From a virus (taxonomy: Duplodnaviria > Caudoviricetes), in IMG/VR virus record IMGVR_UViG_3300021197_000351, positions 1 to 55,256 of that record: DNA of 55,256 bases; one strand, 5' to 3'. Position numbers and translations under genes: made by a program. Shown here piece by piece: positions 38,727 through 47,897 of this stretch. Position 1 is the first letter of the stretch; the number at the start of each line of letters is the position of its first letter. Below the pieces are notes generated by a model. It did not search any database. It was not told where the DNA came from and saw only the letters and a list, made by a program, of their open reading frames with translations.

Positions 38727-39896
38727 CTAGTTAAGACCGTAGATAGCACCACAACCCAATGGGTTACGTACTTCCAAAGTGCACTCTTCAACCATCATTC
38801 CTTTGGTTGAGTCACCCTGCTGGCCTACGTCTACTTCCTGCATAGGGCGCAGTGTAGCGACAGCAAACCACATTGGATCATAGATCAATGCAGCAAAGTC
38901 AGCAACATCAGGAATACCAGCACCAGAGAATGCAGTACCGTTATCGCCTTTAAGCGCAACAGAATTAGACAGACCCATTACGTAGTTAGGAACTACCATA
39001 AGATCGCCAAAGTCTGACATGTACACATCAACAGACTGACGGAGTTGACCGCCAGCATCAATGTTACGTACAACACCAGTATCTGAAACCATCAGGTCGG
39101 AAAAGTCACGACGCAGCTTTGGTGAAAGCATAACTTTCGTAGCCTTACCACCTTGCTCGTAGATCTTCTGCATAACAGCGTCGATGTCTGTTAGTGCAAG
39201 AGTACCACGTGCTGGCGCGGTAGTACCGCCGTTGATTGAACCGCGAACAGTTGCAGTACCGTCAGCATCAGTACCAGCATTAGAGGAAGAAGCTGAAGGA
39301 GCTTCAAACTCACCTACATAGTTACATGTAGTGGCTGAGTTGATAAATGACTGGTAACCACCAGCTGAACGGGCATTAGCGTTCTGTACACCAGTAGCGT
39401 TAGAAACATTATATGAATGAATCATATCGAATTCAACGTCACGGCGCAATTCAGTACCACGCTTCTTCAACTGATAAGCATACTCATCAGCTACGCCAGC
39501 TTGGTCTACTGCACGGCGTGTGCCAGATACAGCAATTGTCTTACCATTAATCTGAGTGTAGTTACCCAAACGTGTACGATACGGTCCAGATACTGCGAAC
39601 TTGTTACCAGTTGCAGGTGTTGCACCCGTACCACCAGAACCATCAGCAGTTGGTGCAATAAAGTCTGTGCCTTCACCAATACGTGAGTTGCCTGGAGCTT
39701 CCAGCTGGTCTGTCTGCCACTCATGGTAGATAGCTGTTGCTTTTGCTTTGCCGATAGACGACATAAAAGGAGTTTCATCACGAGTGATCATTGTGATGAA
39801 GTTTGCAAGATCCTCACGCTGTGAGACGTCTTTGCCAGTTCCGCGTGCTGGTCCCTGTGGACCTCCGGTGCCGCGGACACCAAGATTGTTAGCCAT
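38727..39896 (-). CDS. Major capsid protein
   Basis: REDLANFITMITRDETPFMSSIG...HEWQTDQL...NYTQI...ELRRDVE...YMSDFG...ECTLEVRN; follows the scaffold and precedes a terminator. Confidence 0.9.
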   Translation of the reverse strand: MANNLGVRGTGGPQGPARGTGKDVSQREDLANFITMITRDETPFMSSIGKAKATAIYHEWQTDQLEAPGNSRIGEGTDFIAPTADGSGGTGATPATGNKFAVSGPYRTRLGNYTQINGKTIAVSGTRRAVDQAGVADEYAYQLKKRGTELRRDVEFDMIHSYNVSNATGVQNANARSAGGYQSFINSATTCNYVGEFEAPSASSSNAGTDADGTATVRGSINGGTTAPARGTLALTDIDAVMQKIYEQGGKATKVMLSPKLRRDFSDLMVSDTGVVRNIDAGGQLRQSVDVYMSDFGDLMVVPNYVMGLSNSVALKGDNGTAFSGAGIPDVADFAALIYDPMWFAVATLRPMQEVDVGQQGDSTKGMMVEECTLEVRNPLGCGAIYGLN

Positions 39897-39916
39897 TGAT
39901 TATACCCTCCTAGGTA

Positions 39917-41026
39917 TTACATGTTTAAGGAGCGTTCGGCAAGAGTTCTAAGAAAGTCCTGTTGTTCTTCAGCAGATGCGTTGCCGCTTAGTGCGCGCTT
40001 ACGTTTTTGTTCTGCTGCGTCTTGCTTTTGCTTAGATATTGTTTTAGCTTTTCTAAGCGGAGCTTTCTTTGTTGGGGTTGATTTACGTTTAACCGCACCT
40101 TTAGACACACCTTGCTTAAGGCGTCTAAAGTCATCAACAAACTTAACGATAGCTGGGTCAGCAATTGAATCCAGAATTTCTGGAGCAATGCCCTCCTCAA
40201 TAGCAAATTCCCTAATGGCAATTGCTGTATCCTCATTAAAGTCTGGTATTAGCGTAGGAATAGTTTCATTAAAGTATTCTAGTTGCTCATTCCATTCTTT
40301 TTCATTACTAGTTGCTTCTTGTGCAGAAACAGCTTTTACAAGTTGTTCCCGTTGGTTGCGAGCTTCCCAGTAATTCTTTTGGACTTGTTCTCGTTTATCT
40401 TTTAGTTCATTGACTTCATATGTATCACCATCTTTTCGGGCTTTATCAATTGCGCCTTCAAGATCATGATACTCTGCAGCTAACGCTTGTTCGTTAGAGT
40501 ATAGTACAGCAGCTGATGCTTTGGACATTGTTTCCAACTCATTAACTTTTTCCTGATACTCGTCTTCCAACTCTTTTCTTGCGTCACCGAGTTCTCGACC
40601 CTTTTTAGAAAGATGTTGTTCAGTAGAGTAACCTTTAATAAGATCACCAAAAGAAACTTCAGCAAATTCGCCATCAACTTTGATAACCACCTTAGCTTCT
40701 AAATCAAGGTCTTCCGTAGCATATACATCAGATTCATCGGTAGCGGACTCTTCGTCGGCATCTTCTTCTTCTGTATTTTCTTCTTCTTCCTCAACCTCTT
40801 CTTCATCATCTTCGCTAACGGCTTCCTCAGATGTTTCTGGGTCTTCTTCATCTGATTCGTCCGGATCTAACTCAGGTACCTGCTCCTCGGGTAGAGATCC
40901 AACAAACTCGGAGTTTGCTATGATGTCAGCCAGCAGGGCATCTTCAGTTTGATCATTGTTAACCGCTGCAATAGAGTCATCCTGTGGTGGGGTAGAGTCC
41001 ATTTCCGCTTTGGTATTTTCTTCCAT
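39917..41026 (-). CDS. Capsid scaffolding protein
   Basis: Very acidic N-half, KVDGEFAEVSFGDLIKGY motif, coiled coil, basic C-terminus. Confidence 0.82.
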   Translation of the reverse strand: MEENTKAEMDSTPPQDDSIAAVNNDQTEDALLADIIANSEFVGSLPEEQVPELDPDESDEEDPETSEEAVSEDDEEEVEEEEENTEEEDADEESATDESDVYATEDLDLEAKVVIKVDGEFAEVSFGDLIKGYSTEQHLSKKGRELGDARKELEDEYQEKVNELETMSKASAAVLYSNEQALAAEYHDLEGAIDKARKDGDTYEVNELKDKREQVQKNYWEARNQREQLVKAVSAQEATSNEKEWNEQLEYFNETIPTLIPDFNEDTAIAIREFAIEEGIAPEILDSIADPAIVKFVDDFRRLKQGVSKGAVKRKSTPTKKAPLRKAKTISKQKQDAAEQKRKRALSGNASAEEQQDFLRTLAERSLNM

Positions 41027-41220
41027 TAGTTAGCCTCCTTCTTTATGGGGGCCTTCTCGGAATTCTTAGTCCTTGTGTATCGCTCAACAAGCGCATGAAG
41101 GTTTAGTAGCTTATCTGCATTCAGTTTAGCTTTACCTGCACTACGCATGGAGTCGTATTCCAAGGTGTTAATCATTTCATTATAATTTAAAAGTAGAGCG
41201 TCGATGTCAATCGGTCTCAT
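41026..41220 (-). CDS. Hypothetical protein
   Basis: GGAGG RBS before ATG 41220. Confidence 0.55.
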   Translation of the reverse strand: MRPIDIDALLLNYNEMINTLEYDSMRSAGKAKLNADKLLNLHALVERYTRTKNSEKAPIKKEAN

Positions 41221-41542
41221 CCGTATCCTCCTGTAGGTGTGGGATATTTTTCCCATACATCTCGAAGCTTATCATTTTCTCTTTGACACTACCAAGTGCC
41301 ATAGCAGAAGAGTAGAGGAACTCTCGAGATTTAGTTTCATGCGGCTCCGTCTTGAGCCACTCTAGAAAGAAGTCAACTAAGACTTCGCCATACACTTCAT
41401 CAAAAAATTCAGTCCGTTCTTTGGCGGCGAAGTGCCCTTGTACGTGAGCACGACGCGCCATTTCTTCCGGATGTATCTTGTGATTACCGTATGATTTATT
41501 ATTACTCAGCCTCTTCTCGGCTGTCTCACGGTATTTATCCAT
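41207..41542 (-). CDS. Hypothetical head-associated protein
   Basis: 111-aa ORF between portal and scaffold (EWLKT...REFLY). Confidence 0.65.
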   Translation of the reverse strand: MDKYRETAEKRLSNNKSYGNHKIHPEEMARRAHVQGHFAAKERTEFFDEVYGEVLVDFFLEWLKTEPHETKSREFLYSSAMALGSVKEKMISFEMYGKNIPHLQEDTDETD

Positions 41543-41547
41543 AGTCT

Positions 41548-41844
41548 TTAAGCAATCAAAGTATTATAAACAACTTCATTGACCTGCGCTGCAGTGCCGT
41601 GGGCTGTTGTTAGACTTACCAGTGTTTGTGCACCGTTGTTAAGACCTGTTACAATTTTATAAGACTTAGCTGCGCATTGAACGCCTGATTGAACTACGGT
41701 TCCAGCGGTAGCTACATTAAATGTAATTGCAGCATCGCTATCATTTGTTACGATAATTTTACCAGCGCCAGCGCCTGCTGCAGTTGTTACCGTTCCAGAT
41801 TGAGCACCGCCTGCTCCTGATTTATTGATTGTTACTGTTGCCAT
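41548..41844 (-). CDS. Small beta-rich structural protein
   Basis: Gly/Ala/Thr-rich 98 aa; GGAGG RBS. Confidence 0.6.
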   Translation of the reverse strand: MATVTINKSGAGGAQSGTVTTAAGAGAGKIIVTNDSDAAITFNVATAGTVVQSGVQCAAKSYKIVTGLNNGAQTLVSLTTAHGTAAQVNEVVYNTLIA

Positions 41845-43996
41845 TAGGGCCTCCTGAGTTTGTTAAAAGGCTTCTCGCCATTGCTATAATATCGGTATAT
41901 TCTGGATGTGCAGGTATTTCAGCACCCTCTTTAGTTGCTTTAATTGCAATATCTGCCCATTCTTGAAAGTGCTTGTCAATTGCAACAGCTAGTTGTTTTG
42001 CATTATCATCAAACGTATTCTTTGTTTGAGCAGATGTATATTTTACATTAGCTTCTGATAGCGCAATATCTGCCTCTGCTTTACGTTGCTCAGCCTGTTG
42101 CTTTGCTTGTGCTGCTTGAGATTGCTGTTGAATTGCTTGGCCAGCCTTTTCTTTAAACTGATCGGTAGTATAATCTTCGAGAAAATCATTACTATCCAGA
42201 TCCATAGCTTCAATAAGCTTAGTAGCTAACACTGCAGGGGCTGAAGGCTTTACCACCATACCAGCACCTTGCTGATTAAGTGCAGGTAAAATTTCAGCAC
42301 CTACTTTAGATAGCTTTGCAATTTTTGAGCTATTAGAGTTTTCCCCAATATCTAAGAAAACTTCTACTTCCATTTTTGAAGGTAGCGCATCAATATTAAC
42401 AGTTTCAATAAGGCCGTTCATATTATAAGGTATGTTACCCTTCATTGAAGTTTTAATTGTATGATACACACCTTCAATCAATCGTTTAAATCCGGTTTCA
42501 GAAAATCGTCTTGCAATATGCTGAATTCGTTTTTGTGCTGCTGATTGAACAGCGCTAAGCTTTTGTTCAGAGTTTCCTGATACATATAGTGTATCATTAA
42601 GTCCTTGAGCGGCCTTAGACATACCTGTAGCTTGTTCTTTAATAAGCTGCAAGTGCTCAAGCAAAGGTACTGTACCTGTAGAAATAGATTCAGGAGGCAG
42701 CTGTTGTACTGCACCTACTGGACTACCGTTAGTTGGAATAATCTGCTTTGGCTTCATGTTTTGAAGTGCAGAAAAATCTACCACGTTTGGATCAGCCAGC
42801 TTAGGCGAGTAGTTAGTCAAATATGTATTCTCTACAAAACCTCTAAGAATAGCAGTTGATGCTAGCGTAGAGCTACGTGTAAAGTCTGCCATTGATAAAC
42901 CAAAGAATTCATGTGGTATATCAATTGGTACAATGTCAGCTAGTGGTACCATATCACAATCTTCTTCATAAAGGATATGTGTACCCGCAGTAATAATATG
43001 CTTTAGCTCAGCAATACCATCACCATCTCGGTCTACTCTAATCCAACACTCAGTAACTGTAACTTCACGGTTTGCTTCTAATGGTGTTTCACTTACAGAG
43101 TTTGAGCCTTGATAATATTCTTGTCCTGTAATTTCTTTACGGGCTGCTACATCTTGCGCATAATCCAAGGACCCTGTCCATGCGGCTGCATCAGATAGTG
43201 CATCCCAATCCTCAACAGCATCTGCCATATCAGGATAGTACTTACGAATTTCAGAACGAGTCATACTATTTTGGATACCAACAAATGAAGCGTCTTCAAT
43301 TGTAGTAGCATCTCTTGAAATACGAAAGTTTTCTGGTGGAACTAACTCAAGTTTAATTTTAGATTGATTAATTTCTTGACGAACCCGTACATTAACATAT
43401 ACTAGTTCAACCTCTGGTCCTAGATTATCTGATGGTGACATTGCACGGTTTTCAAATTCTAGATCACCAACAATTTCTAAACTATCATCAGAAAGTATTT
43501 CATCAAGTTTAGTCTGACTAATCTCTTCATATTCTTGAAATACATAATCATAGTCTTCAATATAGCCCCAGCGAATTACTGCATTCTTCCATAAAAGTGC
43601 AGACTTCATCCATTGCTCAAGTATTTCCCAACCATTGTTTTGTTTAAATAAGGTATAATTAATAAGCATCGCGGCATCTTTAGCGCCTTGAAAAGCGCCA
43701 GGCGTATCGTTCCATGGTAGGAAGCGGGCAATGCGCTGATTACTTAAAAACAAATCACACAAAACAGCTGTGTATGCTTCTATTACTTCTGTTGTAGAGG
43801 TATCAACAATAGTCGATACACCTTGTGGTGACAAGTGTGCAACAGGCAAACCTGCATATTCATAAGTAGCTTTAAGACGTTCGCGTGCTAAGTCTGACGA
43901 GTTAAGCCAATCACCTGTAGAGTTTTGTACTCCGCTTTCAACTAGACTAACTAATTGCTCATCTGTAACCGCTTCTTTATAACCGTAGGCTGACAT
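41822..43996 (-). CDS. Portal protein
   Basis: 724 aa; VPPENF, ECWIRVDRDGDGIAEL, PIDIPHEFFGLS, IARRFSETG; position after the terminase. Confidence 0.9.
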   Translation of the reverse strand: MSAYGYKEAVTDEQLVSLVESGVQNSTGDWLNSSDLARERLKATYEYAGLPVAHLSPQGVSTIVDTSTTEVIEAYTAVLCDLFLSNQRIARFLPWNDTPGAFQGAKDAAMLINYTLFKQNNGWEILEQWMKSALLWKNAVIRWGYIEDYDYVFQEYEEISQTKLDEILSDDSLEIVGDLEFENRAMSPSDNLGPEVELVYVNVRVRQEINQSKIKLELVPPENFRISRDATTIEDASFVGIQNSMTRSEIRKYYPDMADAVEDWDALSDAAAWTGSLDYAQDVAARKEITGQEYYQGSNSVSETPLEANREVTVTECWIRVDRDGDGIAELKHIITAGTHILYEEDCDMVPLADIVPIDIPHEFFGLSMADFTRSSTLASTAILRGFVENTYLTNYSPKLADPNVVDFSALQNMKPKQIIPTNGSPVGAVQQLPPESISTGTVPLLEHLQLIKEQATGMSKAAQGLNDTLYVSGNSEQKLSAVQSAAQKRIQHIARRFSETGFKRLIEGVYHTIKTSMKGNIPYNMNGLIETVNIDALPSKMEVEVFLDIGENSNSSKIAKLSKVGAEILPALNQQGAGMVVKPSAPAVLATKLIEAMDLDSNDFLEDYTTDQFKEKAGQAIQQQSQAAQAKQQAEQRKAEADIALSEANVKYTSAQTKNTFDDNAKQLAVAIDKHFQEWADIAIKATKEGAEIPAHPEYTDIIAMARSLLTNSGGPNGNSNNQ

Positions 43997-44136
43997 TAAT
44001 ATTTACCTCCGGTATTAGAATAAATTGGTTTTGATTTTTCTAAATCTTTAACTGTATATTTACCGGGCTTTGAAAGTTCTTTCTGCGGTTTCTTTGCAGG
44101 TTTTAACTTTTGATCGGCTTGAATAAATCTAGACAT
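43996..44136 (-). CDS. Small basic protein (46 aa)
   Basis: Read by eye: MSRFIQADQKLKPAKK...GGKY; AGGAG RBS and TAATG coupling to the portal. Confidence 0.55.
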   Translation of the reverse strand: MSRFIQADQKLKPAKKPQKELSKPGKYTVKDLEKSKPIYSNTGGKY

Positions 44137-44155
44137 GTACCGCTCCTGGGTTTAT

Positions 44156-44407
44156 CTATCTGTGTCTTTTAATTTTGCTTGCAATCTTTTTAGGTTGCTT
44201 GCTATGTTGTTTTCCCGCTCTAATACTTTTTCTCTTAGCCCGAGTAGTAGCGGCGTGTTCAGCTGGCGAGAGACGTCCCACAGCTGAAGCCGGCATATAA
44301 CGCTCTCCAGTTGCCAGCGGACCTTGCGTTGAAGGTTTACCACTTCGAGTCCGCCACTTCTGAGAAGTCCATTTGCTGAGGCTCTTTTGCGACGGTTTCT
44401 TTGCCAT
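44156..44407 (-). CDS. Small basic protein
   Basis: SQKSLSKWTSQKWRT...GERYMP. Confidence 0.65.
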   Translation of the reverse strand: MAKKPSQKSLSKWTSQKWRTRSGKPSTQGPLATGERYMPASAVGRLSPAEHAATTRAKRKSIRAGKQHSKQPKKIASKIKRHR

Positions 44408-44574
44408 TAGTCGCGGTAGCCTCCACCCTTTGCTTTATATTGTTTAGCAAGCATTTGAGCTTTACGAGCCGACCATTGGCCCGGTCGACCGCCTTTATTA
44501 CTAGCTTTAATCCGGTTAAACAGGTTTTTCCGCATTGTTGGTTTCGTATAATTTCCTGCTGCATTAACTGCCAT
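44407..44574 (-). CDS. Small basic protein (55 aa)
   Basis: Read by eye: MAVNAAGNYTKPTMRK...GQWSARKAQMLAKQYKAKGGGYRD; TAATG coupling to the next gene. Confidence 0.65.
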   Translation of the reverse strand: MAVNAAGNYTKPTMRKNLFNRIKASNKGGRPGQWSARKAQMLAKQYKAKGGGYRD

Positions 44575-44586
44575 TTTGTCATCTCC

Positions 44587-44862
44587 CTACCACTTTACTT
44601 TATGTGACCAGTACTTTGCAGATAGTGGTCCAGGATTAGCACCTTGCGCATTATGTCGTGCATAATAAGATTTCTTTCTTGCTTTATCTTTTGCAGACTT
44701 TGGATTTTTACCGGCGCCCTTTACGCCTTGTTGTCCAAAGCGGATTAGCTTTTCTTTTCCGCCTGACCTTGCAAGGACCGCATGCGATTTTGTTTTATGT
44801 CCGGGTGTGCGTTTTGGTTTATTGTATCCGGAGAAACGCTCCCCTGCTTTTTCGATTGCCAT
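44587..44862 (-). CDS. Small basic protein
   Basis: YNKPKRTP...KLIRFGQQG...RKKSYYARH...YWSHKVKW. Confidence 0.7.
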   Translation of the reverse strand: MAIEKAGERFSGYNKPKRTPGHKTKSHAVLARSGGKEKLIRFGQQGVKGAGKNPKSAKDKARKKSYYARHNAQGANPGPLSAKYWSHKVKW

Positions 44863-44978
44863 TTTGTTTCTCCATTATTATACCAAAAGCTATTAACCCA
44901 CACTATAGGGCTTTTGTATTCTTTTCGCCTTCGTTTTTTCTTTGGCTTAGTATAAGGTATATATGTCATTTGCTTTTC

Positions 44979-45161
44979 TCATGTAGCTGCCCCATTAATT
45001 AGCTTACACTTATATTCAACAGTGGTCCAACTTCCATCTTGTGGTAGTTCTTCATGTAATACTTTAAAGCTAATACATTCTTGTTGTTTTTCAAACCACT
45101 GTATATCTTGTTTAACGCAAGTGGTTTCCATACATGCTGTTAGTAATAATGCCCATATCAT
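44979..45161 (-). CDS. Small Cys-containing hypothetical protein
   Basis: Hydrophobic N-terminus; ATGA coupling. Confidence 0.55.
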   Translation of the reverse strand: MIWALLLTACMETTCVKQDIQWFEKQQECISFKVLHEELPQDGSWTTVEYKCKLINGAAT

Positions 45162-45367
45162 TTGTGTTCATGCCCCATCCAAATTCCGAATACGCCTGTC
45201 ATAACACCCATAACCACAGAGACAAAGGCTGACTGTGCACCAGTCGGATCTGGTAAAGCCATAAACCATTCAGCACATCGCCAAGACATAAGCGTAGACA
45301 TAAGCATCATAAAGCGAGGCAGTATTTTCCATTTTAAAAATGTTTCTACTGACATGGGTTTCTCCAT
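45158..45367 (-). CDS. Small two-TM membrane protein
   Basis: WKILPRFMML...PTGAQSAFVSVVMGVMTGVFGIW. Confidence 0.65.
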   Translation of the reverse strand: MEKPMSVETFLKWKILPRFMMLMSTLMSWRCAEWFMALPDPTGAQSAFVSVVMGVMTGVFGIWMGHEHK

Positions 45368-45423
45368 AAATAAGTGGCGGATTTATCCCCTACCTCCGCC
45401 GGGGTAGTGAGGACACGGGAACT

Positions 45424-47088
45424 TTAAAGCCACTGCGTATTTTCCTGCTCAGTAGAAAATTTCTGAGACCAAGGTACTTTATTTACAGTTAGCTTATCAT
45501 AGTGTGTTCGTAATGTTTCCAGGGCAATTGCTACAGCCATTACAGTATCATCATGACACCCAGGTGCAGCTTCAGTCTTTCCTGAATCAGTACTAATATA
45601 ATCTTTTAATTCTTGTATCATTATCTTTGAAGCAATCCATATGTCATCGTTTTCAACGGCATTCTTTAGATTACCAATAATGTGCGGCTTAGTTACCTGA
45701 GTTGTCCTAAACCCTGGAACTTGTCCTTCTTCCTTCGAGATTGAAGATATTTTTGTTTGCCTATATAGATTAATATAATTCATTTGAGTTAATCGAGATA
45801 GCGTGGCGACGCCCATGGAATTACTTTCAACAGTAAGCAACGCATTATTATAGTACCTACCTAGATAAAACAAAAGATCACCAAACTTACTTGGATCTAA
45901 ATGATTATCTCGGAATAAGGCAATTACCTTTCTTTCTGTATCTAAGACCACTGCTGTTGAATAATCTTGGCCTACCCCAAGTGCAACATCTGCAGCAACA
46001 ATAAAGTTACTATTCCAATCAGGATAATCCCATATATGTAACTTTCCTTCATTTGAAGGTTCCCATGATGCAGACTGAAAGTCAAAGTTCATCTTCTTTT
46101 CAGGTTCTACCGGCATTAGTCTAGCTGTCTTCTCTGGATCAAACACAGAAGAGCCTGCAGTAATAAAGGCTTCATCGGGAGACGCTGGGTACTCCTGGCG
46201 GAATTTTAATTCCCCACCTTCAGCAATCTTCAACCGACGCCAGTAAAGCTGTCCATCGTTTAGGTCATACTGCTCTACTAGTAGATCTTCTTCTGAAGAT
46301 CGTTCGAAGCCTTCCGGTGGTTCTCTCCAGTATTCAGGAGTTGAGAACCAGGGAAGAAACAAAGGAAGATAATCGTTCTCTCCATCTAATGCACCTTTCC
46401 ACAGCCGATAGAATTCCCCTTTAGCCCCATTAGCTGTAGACTCAATAATGACTTCCGTACCCGGTGCTTCTGAGATACCCTGAAACAAACCAGCGAGAAT
46501 CTTCTCATCATGCGTCCAGAATGCGACCTCGGAGAGATGAGCAATTGTTGGGGTAGTACCTCGACCAGCTTCCGGAGAACCAGCAGTGTATAGTCGATAC
46601 GAACCAACAGGCCTCTCACCTGAAGCATCTTTAGGGAAGTGCGGAGCCGATATAACAATTTCCTTAGCATTGGACTTTACCTCATTGGGTCTATACTCAG
46701 GATTCATATTCTTAATAATGTTACGACTCATAGTAAACAGGGCATCTGATGTCGCACTATCATGCGCCATAACTACAGATCGTGCATGTGGTGAGAAGTA
46801 TGTTTTCCAAAATACTCTACCAGCACAGTAAGTAGATATGCCCTGTTGCCGAGCCTTCAAGATAATAGCGCGCACCTTCCCGGTTTCTCGCAGCTGTTTA
46901 TCCAGAGCTTCTGTAATTTCTTTTTGACATGCGTTAAAAGAAAAATCAACGAAGCCAGCTCTAGCATCCTTAGTAATAATTTTAATATTGTCTTTAGCAA
47001 AAGATGTGAAGTCTTCCTCATAGGTAGTTAGCTTCTGTCGCTTTTGCTTTTCTTGTAATAACTTTAAAAGCTCTTTCTTATCTGCCAT
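45424..47088 (-). CDS. terL: Terminase large subunit
   Basis: ILKARQQGIST, HLSEVAFW, IESTANG, FRQEYP, ADVALG..DYS, VESNSMG, HDDTVMA. Confidence 0.95.
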   Translation of the reverse strand: MADKKELLKLLQEKQKRQKLTTYEEDFTSFAKDNIKIITKDARAGFVDFSFNACQKEITEALDKQLRETGKVRAIILKARQQGISTYCAGRVFWKTYFSPHARSVVMAHDSATSDALFTMSRNIIKNMNPEYRPNEVKSNAKEIVISAPHFPKDASGERPVGSYRLYTAGSPEAGRGTTPTIAHLSEVAFWTHDEKILAGLFQGISEAPGTEVIIESTANGAKGEFYRLWKGALDGENDYLPLFLPWFSTPEYWREPPEGFERSSEEDLLVEQYDLNDGQLYWRRLKIAEGGELKFRQEYPASPDEAFITAGSSVFDPEKTARLMPVEPEKKMNFDFQSASWEPSNEGKLHIWDYPDWNSNFIVAADVALGVGQDYSTAVVLDTERKVIALFRDNHLDPSKFGDLLFYLGRYYNNALLTVESNSMGVATLSRLTQMNYINLYRQTKISSISKEEGQVPGFRTTQVTKPHIIGNLKNAVENDDIWIASKIMIQELKDYISTDSGKTEAAPGCHDDTVMAVAIALETLRTHYDKLTVNKVPWSQKFSTEQENTQWL

Positions 47089-47111
47089 AGTTGTGTCCTC
47101 ACATAACTTTA

Positions 47112-47129
47112 CTTTAAGGGGACATTTAA
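47112..47129 (-). promoter_or_regulatory. Putative phage-RNAP (late) promoter heading the structural arm
   Basis: TTAAATGTCCCCTTAAAG on the - strand, just over 20 nt upstream of the terL start. Confidence 0.72.
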
Positions 47130-47136
47130 GATAAGT

Positions 47137-47154
47137 TTAAATGTCTCCTATAAG
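47137..47154 (+). promoter_or_regulatory. Putative phage-RNAP promoter pointing into the terminal region
   Basis: TTAAATGTCTCCTATAAG, back to back with the terL promoter. Confidence 0.65.
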
Positions 47155-47420
47155 AGGGGGGAGATATATACTATATATGTACTATATAAGCTAAAGGTAT
47201 ACTATATATGCTATAGAGGTTGATGATGGATGCTAGTAAGGCTAGAGGTTAGGTTAATTTAAACCAATAATATATATATACCCCCTATATACTTTCTGTA
47301 CCCCCTAGATTCCCCAGAAGCTAATCTCTCAGAACCTAGAACTTTACTTGAAGTCACTCAGGAACTCAGCACTTAGAGTAACCTTAGGGCTATCCCTCAG
47401 TACTCTCTCAGCTCTACCAG
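47155..47420. repeat. Non-coding region with short repeats; probable physical genome terminus region
   Basis: Three TACTATATA copies, TA runs, then repeated CTCAG-type units; lies at the strand switch between terL and the early genes. Confidence 0.5.
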
Positions 47421-47425
47421 CACTG

Positions 47426-47451
47426 TAAGCGCCTAGCGGCACTTATCCCAT
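47426..47451 (+). promoter_or_regulatory. Putative hairpin promoter 1
   Basis: TAAGCGCC-TAGC-GGCACTTA-TCCCAT. Confidence 0.6.
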
Positions 47452-47483
47452 GATATTATCTCTAATTACAGAAAGCGAATGTT

Positions 47484-47573
47484 ATGTTTCTATTCCACTC
47501 TATCTTTATTCTAGCAGCTCTATTCATCTGCTGGTTCTGTTACTCATGCATAAAGGAGGACTTCAATGACTGA
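47484..47573 (+). CDS. Tiny hydrophobic early protein (29 aa)
   Basis: MFLFHSIFILAALFICWFCYSCIKEDFND, read by eye. Confidence 0.45.
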   Translation: MFLFHSIFILAALFICWFCYSCIKEDFND

Positions 47574-47628
47574 GTATGTTTACCATGTGTATCCCGATGG
47601 CACTGTTAAAATCATCTGGCGGCGATAG
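47566..47628 (+). CDS. Tiny early peptide (20 aa)
   Basis: MTEYVYHVYPDGTVKIIWRR with a strong AAGGAGG RBS. Confidence 0.45.
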   Translation: MTEYVYHVYPDGTVKIIWRR

Positions 47629-47630
47629 CT

Positions 47631-47756
47631 ATGACACAGATTCTTATCCTCGCGATAGCCTTGTGTGTCATAGGCTTCTCAGCTTGTCTTGTGTTTCTTC
47701 TTGTTGAAATACTTGAACGGTATGTAGTTCCTTACATATCTTCTAAGCTACCATAA
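47631..47756 (+). CDS. Tiny membrane early protein (41 aa)
   Basis: MTQILILAIALCVIGFSACLVFLLVEILERYVVPYISSKLP. Confidence 0.45.
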   Translation: MTQILILAIALCVIGFSACLVFLLVEILERYVVPYISSKLP

Positions 47757-47766
47757 CTACTCGAGG

Positions 47767-47790
47767 AGAGGCTAACGCCTCTTTTCCAAT
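47767..47790 (+). promoter_or_regulatory. Putative hairpin promoter 2
   Basis: AGAGGC-TAAC-GCCTCT-TTTCCAAT. Confidence 0.65.
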
Positions 47791-47897
47791 GATACGTCTT
47801 AGTAGCCATACACGGACGGATTACCCTCAGCCGCACATAAAACGGGTAGGCGTATCATCTTTACACAATCTAAACACATCCAACGAAAGGTACTATT

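Noticed and set aside
39921-40952. Antisense Ser-rich ORFs over the scaffold gene
   Set aside because: Mirror of the Glu/Asp-rich coding strand; no independent signals.
44745-44969. 74-aa basic ORF
   Set aside because: Half of it overlaps the better-supported 44587-44862 gene in another frame; status unresolved.
47155-47420. CRISPR-like or iteron array
   Set aside because: Repeats are only 5-9 nt and irregularly spaced, with no repeat-spacer structure and no cas genes.
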